Positions 45,798 through 55,900 of a DNA stretch of 64,000 bases are shown here, piece after piece. The DNA comes from Paramoeba atlantica. Taxonomy: Eukaryota; Protista; Discosea. The first letter of the stretch is position 1, and each line of letters opens with the position of its first letter. The translations under genes and the position numbers were made by a program. The notes under the pieces are model-generated. The model had not been told where the DNA came from. It made no database searches and was given only the letters and a program-made list of their open reading frames with translations. The stretch spans positions 310,001-374,000 of the forward strand of contig CDRNVI010000041.1 of the NCBI GenBank assembly GCA_977017575.1, given 5' to 3'.

Positions 45798-48700
45798 ATG
45801 CCCACATCCGTTGAAGAGCAAAATCCGACCTTCGAGGAGGAGGCGTCGTCTCACACACTTGGGTCCTGGGATCAATTTGCGGCAAACAAATCTTTAGCGA
45901 AGGGACCTAGCACGTACGATGAGCTAATCTACACCACAGCCCTCCCTAATGATATTCCTCAGGACTGGGAAAAGAGAACGGACGAAATCCTTCGAAGTAT
46001 GAAGACGGCAACGCAGGACTCAACGCCAGATTTGGGGCATGCGAATGAACTATCAAGTGAAAGAACCGAGGAAGAGATACACTGCAGTGTGCGTCGGGAC
46101 GATGAACCTTCCCCTTTCCATTTCGAGGGAACGCACTCAAATTCACCCAGCCAATTACAAACTTCAAACAGGGCTGTGAAGGAGAGATGCCTGCGTCGAA
46201 CAAGGAGAATGGAAGGTGCCGTTGACACAGAGAACGCGATGATGTTTCCAGACCTCACGCCTACTGAACTTGACTTCACAATCACAACAAAACGCAAAGG
46301 TAGGAGAAAGAAGAAACGAATAAAACGAACGGCAACGACGTGTACTGACGGTACCAACTCTTCAAGCCCCGAGGGTGACGAGCACGAAGACAGCGTGACA
46401 CCTGAGCCCACTCAAAACGGTAAACAAAAGCGCCGCCGAGAAATAGCGAAAAGCTTCTCGAATTATTTTCCTACGACAGGTCACCGGACAGACAAAACAC
46501 CAAGCGGCAAATCCCAACTTCCTCCGTCTGTAGCCGCATTCCGCAACACGCCTCAGGACTCTTTGAAAACTTGCCCAGTTAAAGGGTGCGTGTGGAAAAC
46601 ACTCGCTCATGGCGGCAGGTGGCAAGCTTACTACAACCACGTAGCTACAAGACACGCGAATGAAGTGCCCGAATCCTGGTGGACGAACGAAGGGCGCTTT
46701 CTCTGCCAGAAATGCGGGCGACATTACGAAGAAGGCAAACGAGCAACACACGACAACGCTTGCAAAGGAACCTCGACTGACTCTGTAGCCAATCCCGCGA
46801 ATAACTTGACGCAGAGTTCATTGGACCACGGTTCGCGCAGCACCGATGTCTCACAGAGTGTCCAACCTCTTCCTTTACCATCGCTTTCTGATATTTGCAT
46901 GACTCCTATCAACACTTCTAGGGATGTTCCATTCCGATGCCGCTACCAATGGGCGAAAACGCTCACCGATGTATTATCCTCCGTAGCCAGCGAGAACTCC
47001 GTAGCGGCATGGACCCGTCTCGGCATGCTGCCTAAATGCGTTCTACCGGCCCCGAACCGCGGGGGGCGCAAAGGTCGTCTTTCTTATGCCTCACATGTGA
47101 CAAAAAGCCTAGAAAGGTGGGGAAAAGGGGAATTTACCGCTCTGTGGATTGAAGCGACCAAAAACAACACGAAGTCGTCGCACCCATCAACCAAAGACCA
47201 AGATCAAGACCAGGAGCTTGCGCAAGAAGTAAGAAGGGCAAAAGAACGATGCGAAAAACTTGTACGCCAGGGTGAAGTCTCTCGTGGAATGAGTGCACTA
47301 ACGGCGGCACCCTTTGCACCTGACAACGACGAAACGTACTGCAAGTTGATGGCAAAGCATCCCACTCGTGCGCAGGACTGCATGCTTCAAGATCTCCCGT
47401 ACCCTAACGCACCTCCCTTGAAAGTAAACGAAGAAGAAGTTAAGCACGCTTTGGGCAGCTTTCGCAAGGGATCATCTGGCGGAACGATGTCGCTGAGAGC
47501 TGAGCACCTTCAGATAGCACTACGTGCCCACGTGGACGAGAAAGTACACCCTCTCACCGCTCTTACAGACGTAGTCAATGTGCTTCTTTCTGGAAAAGCT
47601 CCATTCGAGATTCAGGAACGTTTCGCTGGGGCCAGATTGTGTGCACTTCAGAAAGGAGAATGTGACGTCCGACCTATAGCCGCAGGCGAGACAATCCGTC
47701 GTTTGGTTGGTAAAGTGGCATGTCTAACAGCCAAGAAAAAAGCTAGTCGCTTGTTTAAAGGAATACAGTATGGGGTTGCTACGCCAGCCGGATCGGAGAG
47801 GGTGATCCACCTCTGCCGACAGACTATGTCCCGCCATGCCGATGACACGAACTTTGTGCTATGTAAGGTGGACCTAGCGAACGCGTTCAATAGAGTATCC
47901 AGATCTGCGTTCATCGCCTTACTTCGCAAACATTTTCCAGAATTGTCAGCATGGGTGGAGTGGACCTACTCCACGGATAGTCTCCTAACTTACGGTTCCA
48001 GAACTCTTCCATCATCCGAGGGGGTTCAACAAGGGGACCCCCTAGGGCCTCTCCTTTTTTCCCTCGTAATGCTCGAAGCCGCGAAAATGATCAAAGAAGC
48101 ACTCCCAGGCAGTCTCCAGCTTCACCTCTGGTACCTCGACGACGGGGTAATAGCCGGTAAGGCCGAAGACGTCAGTTTCGCTTTAGAGACTCTTTCTCGA
48201 GTTGGTCCTAAGTGGGGTCTTCACATCAATACCTCTAAATGCGAAATAATAACGAACCCTGCCTCGGCACACCAAACTGCTCTTTTTTCCGATATTCCGG
48301 AACCCAAGATAAACCGCGAAGGAAATTTTGACATTCTTGGGAGCCCCATAGGCTCTGCTCAACATTGCATAGATTTCCTTACGACACACGCCGTGGAACC
48401 GGCAGAAGAGACCCTGGAAGCTATAGAAATGCTCGAAGATCCTCAAATTGCCTTGTCATTGATCAGACAGTGTGCGGGTTTTTGTCAAATGGTCCATTCG
48501 CTTCGAACTACCCCACCACATGAGCTTTCTGCACTCTGTCAGCGCCTTGATGAAGCAGTCCTCCATGCGTATGAATGGAACATATGCCCGCTTAGCTCCT
48601 CAGCTCGATCACAAGTTCAACGCCCGAAACGGTATGGAGGTTTTGGTCTCCGATCTGCATCTGCGCACCGCTCAGCGGCGTACGTGTCTTCAGTTGCTTT

Positions 48701-49739
48701 TGCTGCAGAGACGGATCGTTGGCTACCGTCAGATGCAGAAGGATTCTCTTCCGCAGTCCTGGACATCAATCGCCGGAGCGGAGGCCCCGTAGTTGATCCG
48801 GACACGGGAAGAGCATTAGAGGAGATCAGCTCCCCTTTTCCGACAGGATCTAGTCAAAGTACAGAAACGGACAATTCTTGCACCCCCCGTCAACGTGCCT
48901 TGAGTGACGCAATCTCGGCGCACGAATTTTCATGTGCGTACGCAGCGGCGGACAGTAGCACTCGCGCGAGGTACACCTCTCAGACTGGAGATGGGGCCAG
49001 CAGCTGGGCATTTTGCATCCCATCAACAGAGCTTGGCCACGCTTACACACCCACAGAATTCCGCGCCCTCTCCAGGTGGTGGTTAGGTGCCAAGGTCTAC
49101 AACGAGTTGAGCACGTGCCCAATTAACACATGCCAACAACCTCTCGACCTCGAAGGAAACCATGCAGTGTCTTGCAAAAGTGGGAATGGACTGATCTCCC
49201 GCCACAATGCGCTCATTACACAATTCACCGACACGTGCTCCAAGGCGAATTTATCACCTTCACGTGAGGTAAGCCTGGGGAACCTAGGGCCTGGCGGCTG
49301 TCCCACGAGGCCGGGCGATGTCTTTATTCCGGGCTATGAGAAAGCTCAAGGTCTGGTGCTTGATTTTGCTGTCACCCACGTTCAGCAACCTAAATACACG
49401 GACTTAGTCCGCAACGCTAACGGGGTGGCGGCAGGATCATTTGCGGAGCACTACGCCGCTTCTCACAAGGTGAAAGAGAGAGAGGAGGCGGAACAAGCAA
49501 AACATGTGTTTGTTGCCATGGTGGTAGAATCATATGGTGCTTGGAGTGCAAGTGCCCTATCAATCCTTAGATGGGTTGGGAAGCATCGCGCCTCATGTTC
49601 CCAGGGGACTCTATCTCAAGAAGCAGCTACCCGTCAGCTGCTTCAAGAGCTTAACCTCACCCTGATGCGTTCTCAATCGAGAATGCTTGTCTCACGCATG
49701 CCGGCTGAAGATCCACAACCGGCACTTATTTTGCAGTAG
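45798..49739 (+). CDS. Intact CRE-like retrotransposon polyprotein, family C (1313 aa): LsmAD-like, zinc fingers, RT, REL
   Basis: Uninterrupted ORF 45 nt after the SL with all RT and REL motifs; parent of the truncated C copies. Confidence 0.93.
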   Translation: MPTSVEEQNPTFEEEASSHTLGSWDQFAANKSLAKGPSTYDELIYTTALPNDIPQDWEKRTDEILRSMKTATQDSTPDLGHANELSSERTEEEIHCSVRRDDEPSPFHFEGTHSNSPSQLQTSNRAVKERCLRRTRRMEGAVDTENAMMFPDLTPTELDFTITTKRKGRRKKKRIKRTATTCTDGTNSSSPEGDEHEDSVTPEPTQNGKQKRRREIAKSFSNYFPTTGHRTDKTPSGKSQLPPSVAAFRNTPQDSLKTCPVKGCVWKTLAHGGRWQAYYNHVATRHANEVPESWWTNEGRFLCQKCGRHYEEGKRATHDNACKGTSTDSVANPANNLTQSSLDHGSRSTDVSQSVQPLPLPSLSDICMTPINTSRDVPFRCRYQWAKTLTDVLSSVASENSVAAWTRLGMLPKCVLPAPNRGGRKGRLSYASHVTKSLERWGKGEFTALWIEATKNNTKSSHPSTKDQDQDQELAQEVRRAKERCEKLVRQGEVSRGMSALTAAPFAPDNDETYCKLMAKHPTRAQDCMLQDLPYPNAPPLKVNEEEVKHALGSFRKGSSGGTMSLRAEHLQIALRAHVDEKVHPLTALTDVVNVLLSGKAPFEIQERFAGARLCALQKGECDVRPIAAGETIRRLVGKVACLTAKKKASRLFKGIQYGVATPAGSERVIHLCRQTMSRHADDTNFVLCKVDLANAFNRVSRSAFIALLRKHFPELSAWVEWTYSTDSLLTYGSRTLPSSEGVQQGDPLGPLLFSLVMLEAAKMIKEALPGSLQLHLWYLDDGVIAGKAEDVSFALETLSRVGPKWGLHINTSKCEIITNPASAHQTALFSDIPEPKINREGNFDILGSPIGSAQHCIDFLTTHAVEPAEETLEAIEMLEDPQIALSLIRQCAGFCQMVHSLRTTPPHELSALCQRLDEAVLHAYEWNICPLSSSARSQVQRPKRYGGFGLRSASAHRSAAYVSSVAFAAETDRWLPSDAEGFSSAVLDINRRSGGPVVDPDTGRALEEISSPFPTGSSQSTETDNSCTPRQRALSDAISAHEFSCAYAAADSSTRARYTSQTGDGASSWAFCIPSTELGHAYTPTEFRALSRWWLGAKVYNELSTCPINTCQQPLDLEGNHAVSCKSGNGLISRHNALITQFTDTCSKANLSPSREVSLGNLGPGGCPTRPGDVFIPGYEKAQGLVLDFAVTHVQQPKYTDLVRNANGVAAGSFAEHYAASHKVKEREEAEQAKHVFVAMVVESYGAWSASALSILRWVGKHRASCSQGTLSQEAATRQLLQELNLTLMRSQSRMLVSRMPAEDPQPALILQ

Positions 49740-49779
49740 CCTAAACCAAGGCTCGCGGATCCCGGCATGTTCGAAGGCT

Positions 49780-50014
49780 GAGGGTGCTGGTCTCGTCGAC
49801 AGAGTCTATACTCACGCCTAGTCCGTCAGGGCTAGGTACCCCAAGTGAGGTAGTACACGGGTAGTGAATCTCCTCCCCGTCGGCCCGCATCCTGTTTCGC
49901 GACCGTGTCGCTGTCGACACAGGCCCGCGCCTGCGCCCTCCCGTATAACAAGGGAAGGGTCCACAAGTCAGGCCGTGGAGAGGTCGAAAGACCCGGTCCG
50001 GAACGCGCGAATGG
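49780..50014 (+). ncRNA. Conserved 3' RNA module copy (family C), joined to a P1 tail
   Basis: Same junction (CGAATGG|TTGAGG) as at 6595. Confidence 0.75.
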
Positions 50015-50259
50015 TTGAGGAGCCGCCTGCAGGCCGGGTGAGGCGAAGCTGAGGGAGACCTTACCCCCGCCCCCTGAAAAGTTGAAAAGTTGGGTAGGGG
50101 AAAGCAGGAAAGTAGGGAGAAAGGTGGGAAAAGTATGTCAAGAGGTGAGAAAGAGGAGGAAAAAAAAAAAAAAAAAAAAAATTTCGGAGATCGAATTGCT
50201 AGTTTTGGGCTCCAAAATATGAAATTGCTAAAAAAAAAAAAAAAAAAAAAAATGTGCAT

Positions 50260-52778
50260 TTCGTCAACCACATGCTCGCAGGAAAAGTGCCGTTAGAAGT
50301 CAAAGGTCACTATGCAGGTGGTCGGTTGTGCGCCCTGAAGAAAGGGGAACGTGACGTACGCCCTATTGCCGCAGGGGAAACTCTTCGTCGCCTGACAAGC
50401 AAAGTAGCCTGCTTCGCGGCTAAAGAACAACCCCGCAAACTTTTCAAAGGACACCAGTATGGTGTAGCCACACCTGCGGGTTCAGAGCGTGTGATACATC
50501 TCTGCCGGAAGACCATCGCTGAACACATTGACGACGACGACTTCATACTTTGTAAAGTCGATCTAAAAAACGCATTTAATAATGTTTCGCGAGATTCTTT
50601 TACGGCCCTAGCGCGCCGCCACTTCCCTAAACTGGGTTGCTATGTGGAATGGTGCTACAATGCGGGAAGCATTCTTACCTTTGGTTCCCGGACCATCGAA
50701 TCCTCCGAAGGGGTACAGCAAGGCGACCCGCTTGGACCTCTTCTTTTCTCACTGGTCATGAAAGAAGTCGCATGGAAAATCCGTGTGGCCGCCCCAAACC
50801 TCGACCTCAACATGTGGTTCTTGGATGACGGGGTACTAGCAGGACCATCTTGCGACGTACGGCATGCTCTAGACGTGATTGCGATAACCGGCCCAAAATG
50901 GGGATTACACCTCAACGTAGCAAAGTGCGAGCTTATATCACACCCCGCTTCCTCCCACCGTTATTCCCTTTTCCCCGACATTCCCGGTTTGAACAAAAAT
51001 GGGGAAGGTAATTTCCATATTTTGGGGAGCCCGGTTGGATCCACCCAATTTTGCCGAGAGTTCTTCCTCAAAAACGCAATCGACTTAGCCGAAGAGTCGT
51101 TGGAGGCCATAACCACGCTTGATGATCCCCAGATTGCATTGTCTCTGATCCGACACTGTACAGGTTTCTGTCAAATGGTGTACTCTCTCAGATCCACTCC
51201 GACCGCTGAACTACAGGATATCTGCAAACGCCTAGACGATGCCGTCCAGCGTACCACTGAACACTTCTTTCGCCCTCTGAGCGATGGGGCCCGACGCCAG
51301 GCGCAACGTGAAAACCGGTACGGGGGGTTGGGGCTCCGGTCAGCGGAGGAACACGCGAGTTCCGCCTACGTAGACTCCGTCGCTTTTGCATCAAACAAAG
51401 ACCGGTGGGACCCAGAGGACGCTGAGGGGTTCACCCAAGCTGTTCGGGAGGTCAACAAACGCACCGGGACGGCAGTCGTCGAACAGTGCGGATTAATATC
51501 AAAAAGCCTCGCATTGTCGATGACCACGCTTAACTCGAATAACGATGCACAAGAACCTAGCACAGAGCTGGTAATTCCTCGCCAACGCGATCTGAGTCAT
51601 GCCATCGCTTCCTACGAATTTCGGGAGTCGTTTGCTCGTGCCGACCTTCGAACGAGGGCCAGATGGACATCGGAAACGGGAGAAGGGGCCTCGGAGTGGG
51701 CTTTCGTAACCCCCTCCAAGAAAAGCGGCTTAGCCTACACACCGACTGAATTCCGTACTCTTGTGCGTTGGTGGCTCGGGGATACTATTTACCCAGCTTT
51801 CCGGCCCTGTCCTCTGGAGAAATGCTCGTTGCCGCTTGACCCCGAGGGTGACCACGCACTGGTATGTGCGGGCACGGCATAATCGCACGGCACAACGCCA
51901 TTGCGGGACAGTTCACAACAGAGTGTGCCAAAGCCGGGTTTACCCCACGGCGAGAAGTGAGTCTGGGGAATACGGGCCCCGGAGGCACCCTCACCAGGCC
52001 AGCGGACGTATTTCTTTCCACATTCGACGTAGGCCAGTCTCTCGTATTAGACTTCGCTGTCACTCACGTCCAGCAGCCAAAGTATACGGACTTAGTCCGT
52101 GACGCTAACTGGGTGGCAGCGGGGTCTTTCGCGGAGCGCTACGCGACGGAAAACAAAAAGAAACAAAGAGAGGAAGCAGAAGCCGCACGCCACAGGTTTG
52201 GTGCTATGGTGGTGGAGACCTACGGGGCATGGAGTCCCAGTGCCTTCGCCATTCTCAAGGAGGTAGCTGCTTCACGGTCAGCGTACTCCGGGGGACTCTC
52301 GAAGGGTGAAGCCCTTCATCAACTGGTGACAACGCTGAACGTCGCCCTCATGAGGACACAAGCTCGTATGCTTGTACTGCGCCTCCCCGCAGCCTCCCCC
52401 GATATCTGCGTTAATGGAACGAAGAGTAGTCTTCGTGGAACCCGCGGCTTTTCTTGGGAGTTTTCTTGGGTGGGGGGCCCTTTTCTATGATGGGGGGATG
52501 TGGCCAGCGTCCGGATTCCCTGCGGATTTTAAGGTACGGGGTTGGCGTTTTGAAGGGAGGTAGGGGTTTGCTAGTTTTTGGTTTGCTAGTTTCGGGTTTA
52601 AGTGGGGGGGGAAGGGAAGTGAATGTAGTTAGGGGAAGGAAGTAGGGGAAGGAAGGAAGGAAGGAAGGAAGTAGGGGAAGGAAGGAAGTAGGGTGAAGGG
52701 TTTTAAGTGGTGGAAAGTTCGAAACGTACATAAAAACATTAGACTCAATACTAAAAAAAAAAGAAAAAAAAAAAAAAA
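50260..52778 (+). mobile_element. 5'-truncated family B copy with purine-rich tail and poly(A), flanked by a TGTGCAT duplication
   Basis: Near-identical to 8876-11220; 4-nt deletion at about 51865; TGTGCAT at 50253 and 52779. Confidence 0.9.
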
Positions 52779-52785
52779 TGTGCAT

Positions 52786-52900
52786 GGTAAGCGGTGGTGC
52801 ATTAGTATCCCGAATAGCGTCTTATTAGGGTGCCGATGTTCATCCATACGAGCTACGTGCCCTGCATAGCTGAGAATTCTTAGGTCATAAAGCAGTTGAG
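52786..52900 (-). pseudogene. Short inverted fragment of an RTE-like LINE C-terminus
   Basis: LRILSYAGHVARMDEHRHPNKTLFG resembles the LRWAGHVARM...R.PK..L.G motif. Confidence 0.6.
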
Positions 52901-55900
52901 TAGGCTCCATGTCAAAGCGAAAGAGGCTGGTGTAGCACCGGTTATTTTGCCCCTCCCCCCCACCCGGCGGAAAAAGCATTCTCAGAATACGCAGTGTGCT
53001 GCGCCGCCATCTCCCGCTGCGCCGTCTGCTGCGCCGCCATCTCTTTCCCCTGCGCCGTCTGCTGCGCCGCCATCTCCCGCCGCGACGTCTCTTCCCGCCG
53101 TGTCGTCTGCAACGTCTGCTGCGTTTCCTCTTCCGCCCGATGTGCCTGTCGCTCCCGCGGTGATCGTCGATCATCCCATCGCTTCTCCGCCCACTGTGGT
53201 GACCACTGCGCCGCCCGATATGCTGTCATCTCCGCGCTCTGCCGAGCTGCCCGTCGTGATGTGTGCGGCGCCGCCTCTTCTGACCTCCGATACGGCCTCC
53301 GTCGCGCCGATTCCGCCTCCCTCCGTGTCGCTCGTTGGGCCTCCGCCGTTGTCAAGGCCAAGCATGCACACCTCATCACGAAGAGCACGCATGAGAGCCT
53401 TGAACTTAGAGACATGGAAGGCAGAACCATCACGGCAGGCATCAACAAAAACTCCGCCTCCAGCATCTCATCTCCCTTCACAGCGAACAAACATTGAAAC
53501 ATTGCGACCTCCAATTGCGTCTCAACCCTTGAAGCTTCCCTCGCCACTCCCCTTGCGGATGTCGTATCCAGTCGAATTGCTAGCATCTCCAGCTAAGGCG
53601 GCGTCATGTTCTCCCGCGGCCCCGATTGGAGAACCGAACGAGACGGGAAAATGGCGCATTCGTATTAAAAAAACTTGTGCCGTCGCAGCTGGCGCCTTAA
53701 AAGCGGCATCCAACGCCATGCCAGATGCAGTTTTCAATGCAGCAGGTGACGCACAACCTCCGGACACGAGCAAGGAATCCGGTCAATCACTTGAGCCACC
53801 TGTCAGGAACGAGGAAATAGCAGCCGCATCTGAAGGTTTGGAGGATCACTCAGCGCATGAGTTCCAGGATTGCGACTCGCCTCAGGGAGATAAACCACAA
53901 CGGGAAGGTGCTGTCCATCCGATCAGCTTTATTAACGACGAACACCCGGACGGAAGCTCAGGAGTCTTTGAGATTATGCAGAACACTGACGTCAAAACAC
54001 AATTCCCCATACCACCTGACGAAATCTGGAGACAATCCAAGCAAATAAAGGCAGGAACTTTGTGTTCGATAGTGTGGGCTTTTGCAAATCAGGAAAAGAT
54101 CAATATGGCGTGCGGTAAGGTAGTGCGAACGCATAGCAAGCGTGGAGGGATGGGGAAACTCTCAATGCAATACACGGGGATCTCAGGGTACAAAGAAGAA
54201 CAGGAATACACAGGATCTCTGCCGCCCCAAGAAAACGTGAGAATCTTCCGCATTATCTGGCATCAAGCGCCACCTCCGATTGATGTTACCGTGTTACGTG
54301 ATAGCACTATCGAGAATCATCTGATCACACTGACCCCAGACGACGTACATGGGGAGGGAGTTGATCTCTTACCAATACCCACCGTTCGGAATATCAGTCC
54401 TGACCTTATTCCATGCGTCATCGCAACTTTTCGTGAAATTGTAAAGGATTACATCAATGCCGATCACCAGCAGAGGAATATTATTTGGCATCGACTGCTG
54501 TCGGCGATGAAGCTGTCGCTTGCAGGAGTACGCCGCGCCAGTGGGAGGAGTAGGAGACAAAGACCATATCTTAAAAATAACGATGACAAGGAAGATCAGG
54601 CCGCCTTGAATGACCGGAGAGCTATCAAAAGAGCAACGCGGTTGGTTACTGAAGGGTGCGCGTCAAAAGCAGCCAGAGTATTAGATCAAGCCTTTACGCC
54701 AAGTAATCTTCCGGATGAGGAAACCTTGGACAAGTTGTCAGAATTGCATCCTCAAAAAGAATGCGACTTCAGAATCCCAGCAGACGCGCCAATAATGTCT
54801 GGGATTGAAATGGAAGAACTCCGTGCTGCTGGAAAGCGCCTGGCGAAAGGGGCCAATCCGGGTCCAACAGGGATGACGGATAGCATTGTACGGCTGCTGC
54901 TTGATGATGAACTTTGCTGCATCAATTTGTGTCACATGATATGTGATCTCATCAACGGTTTCCTGGGCAAGGACGTGATTCGTCGCATCAACCGCTCTAG
55001 GCTGGTTGCCATTCCCAAAAGTTGTGGAGGGGTTCGCCCAGTCGCAATGGGTGAGGTGCTCAATAAATTGGCCGGCATAGTCCTAATGCAAAGGTATGAG
55101 CATACGCTGGCTCCGTTATTTGCACCCATGCAACAGGGCGTTTTCTCAAAAGCGGGATGTGAGAAAATAGTGCACCAACTTCGGAATCGCCACAGCAGTG
55201 GATATTCCATTCTATCCGTAGACGTTAAAAATGCCTTTAACTCGCCGAGCAGAATGGATATAGCAAAGCACGTTTTAGCCTTCAGTGCACTCCGCCCTTT
55301 CCAGCGATTCTTCGAGGTCGAATACTCGGGGGCCTCTGAATTGCTGTATTATGGTTCAGAAGGAAAATTGGTCGGAACAGTCCTAAGCACATCAGGTCTG
55401 CGGCAGGGTTCACCATTGGCTTCCATGTATTATTGCGCCTTTTTTCAACCCATGCTGGAAACACTGTCGATGGAATTTCCCGAAGTGGAGTTTCACGCTT
55501 TCATCGATGACGTTACCATGTCCTCCCTAAAAAGTGCTCAAATCGAAAAAGCGTTTCAGAGACTCCAAGAGTTGATGGTTCAATACTCGCTCACGCTAGC
55601 AACAAAGAAGTGTATATGGTTTGGGGAGGGGTCGGCTCAGCCAATCCCACCAAGCCTGAAGGTACAGGGTGTGCGCAATGAGGAAGAAGCGGTCAAAGTA
55701 TTGGGGGCACACATCGGCAAAGAGAATCAGATCAAGAAAAGATTAATGGAAGCAGTGGATAAACAAGATACAAGCTTCCAGAGATTAAAAGCAATGGGAT
55801 TAAGCAATGTAGCATTGATACTTCTTTCGCAATGTATCAATGTTAAGCAACAATACGTCATGCGCGTCCATCCGCCGTCTGTGACAAAGGAGGCCTCCAC

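Noticed and set aside
52942-53586. Overlapping ORFs in the GC-rich N-terminal region of family J
   Set aside because: Shadow frames of Pro/Ala repeats
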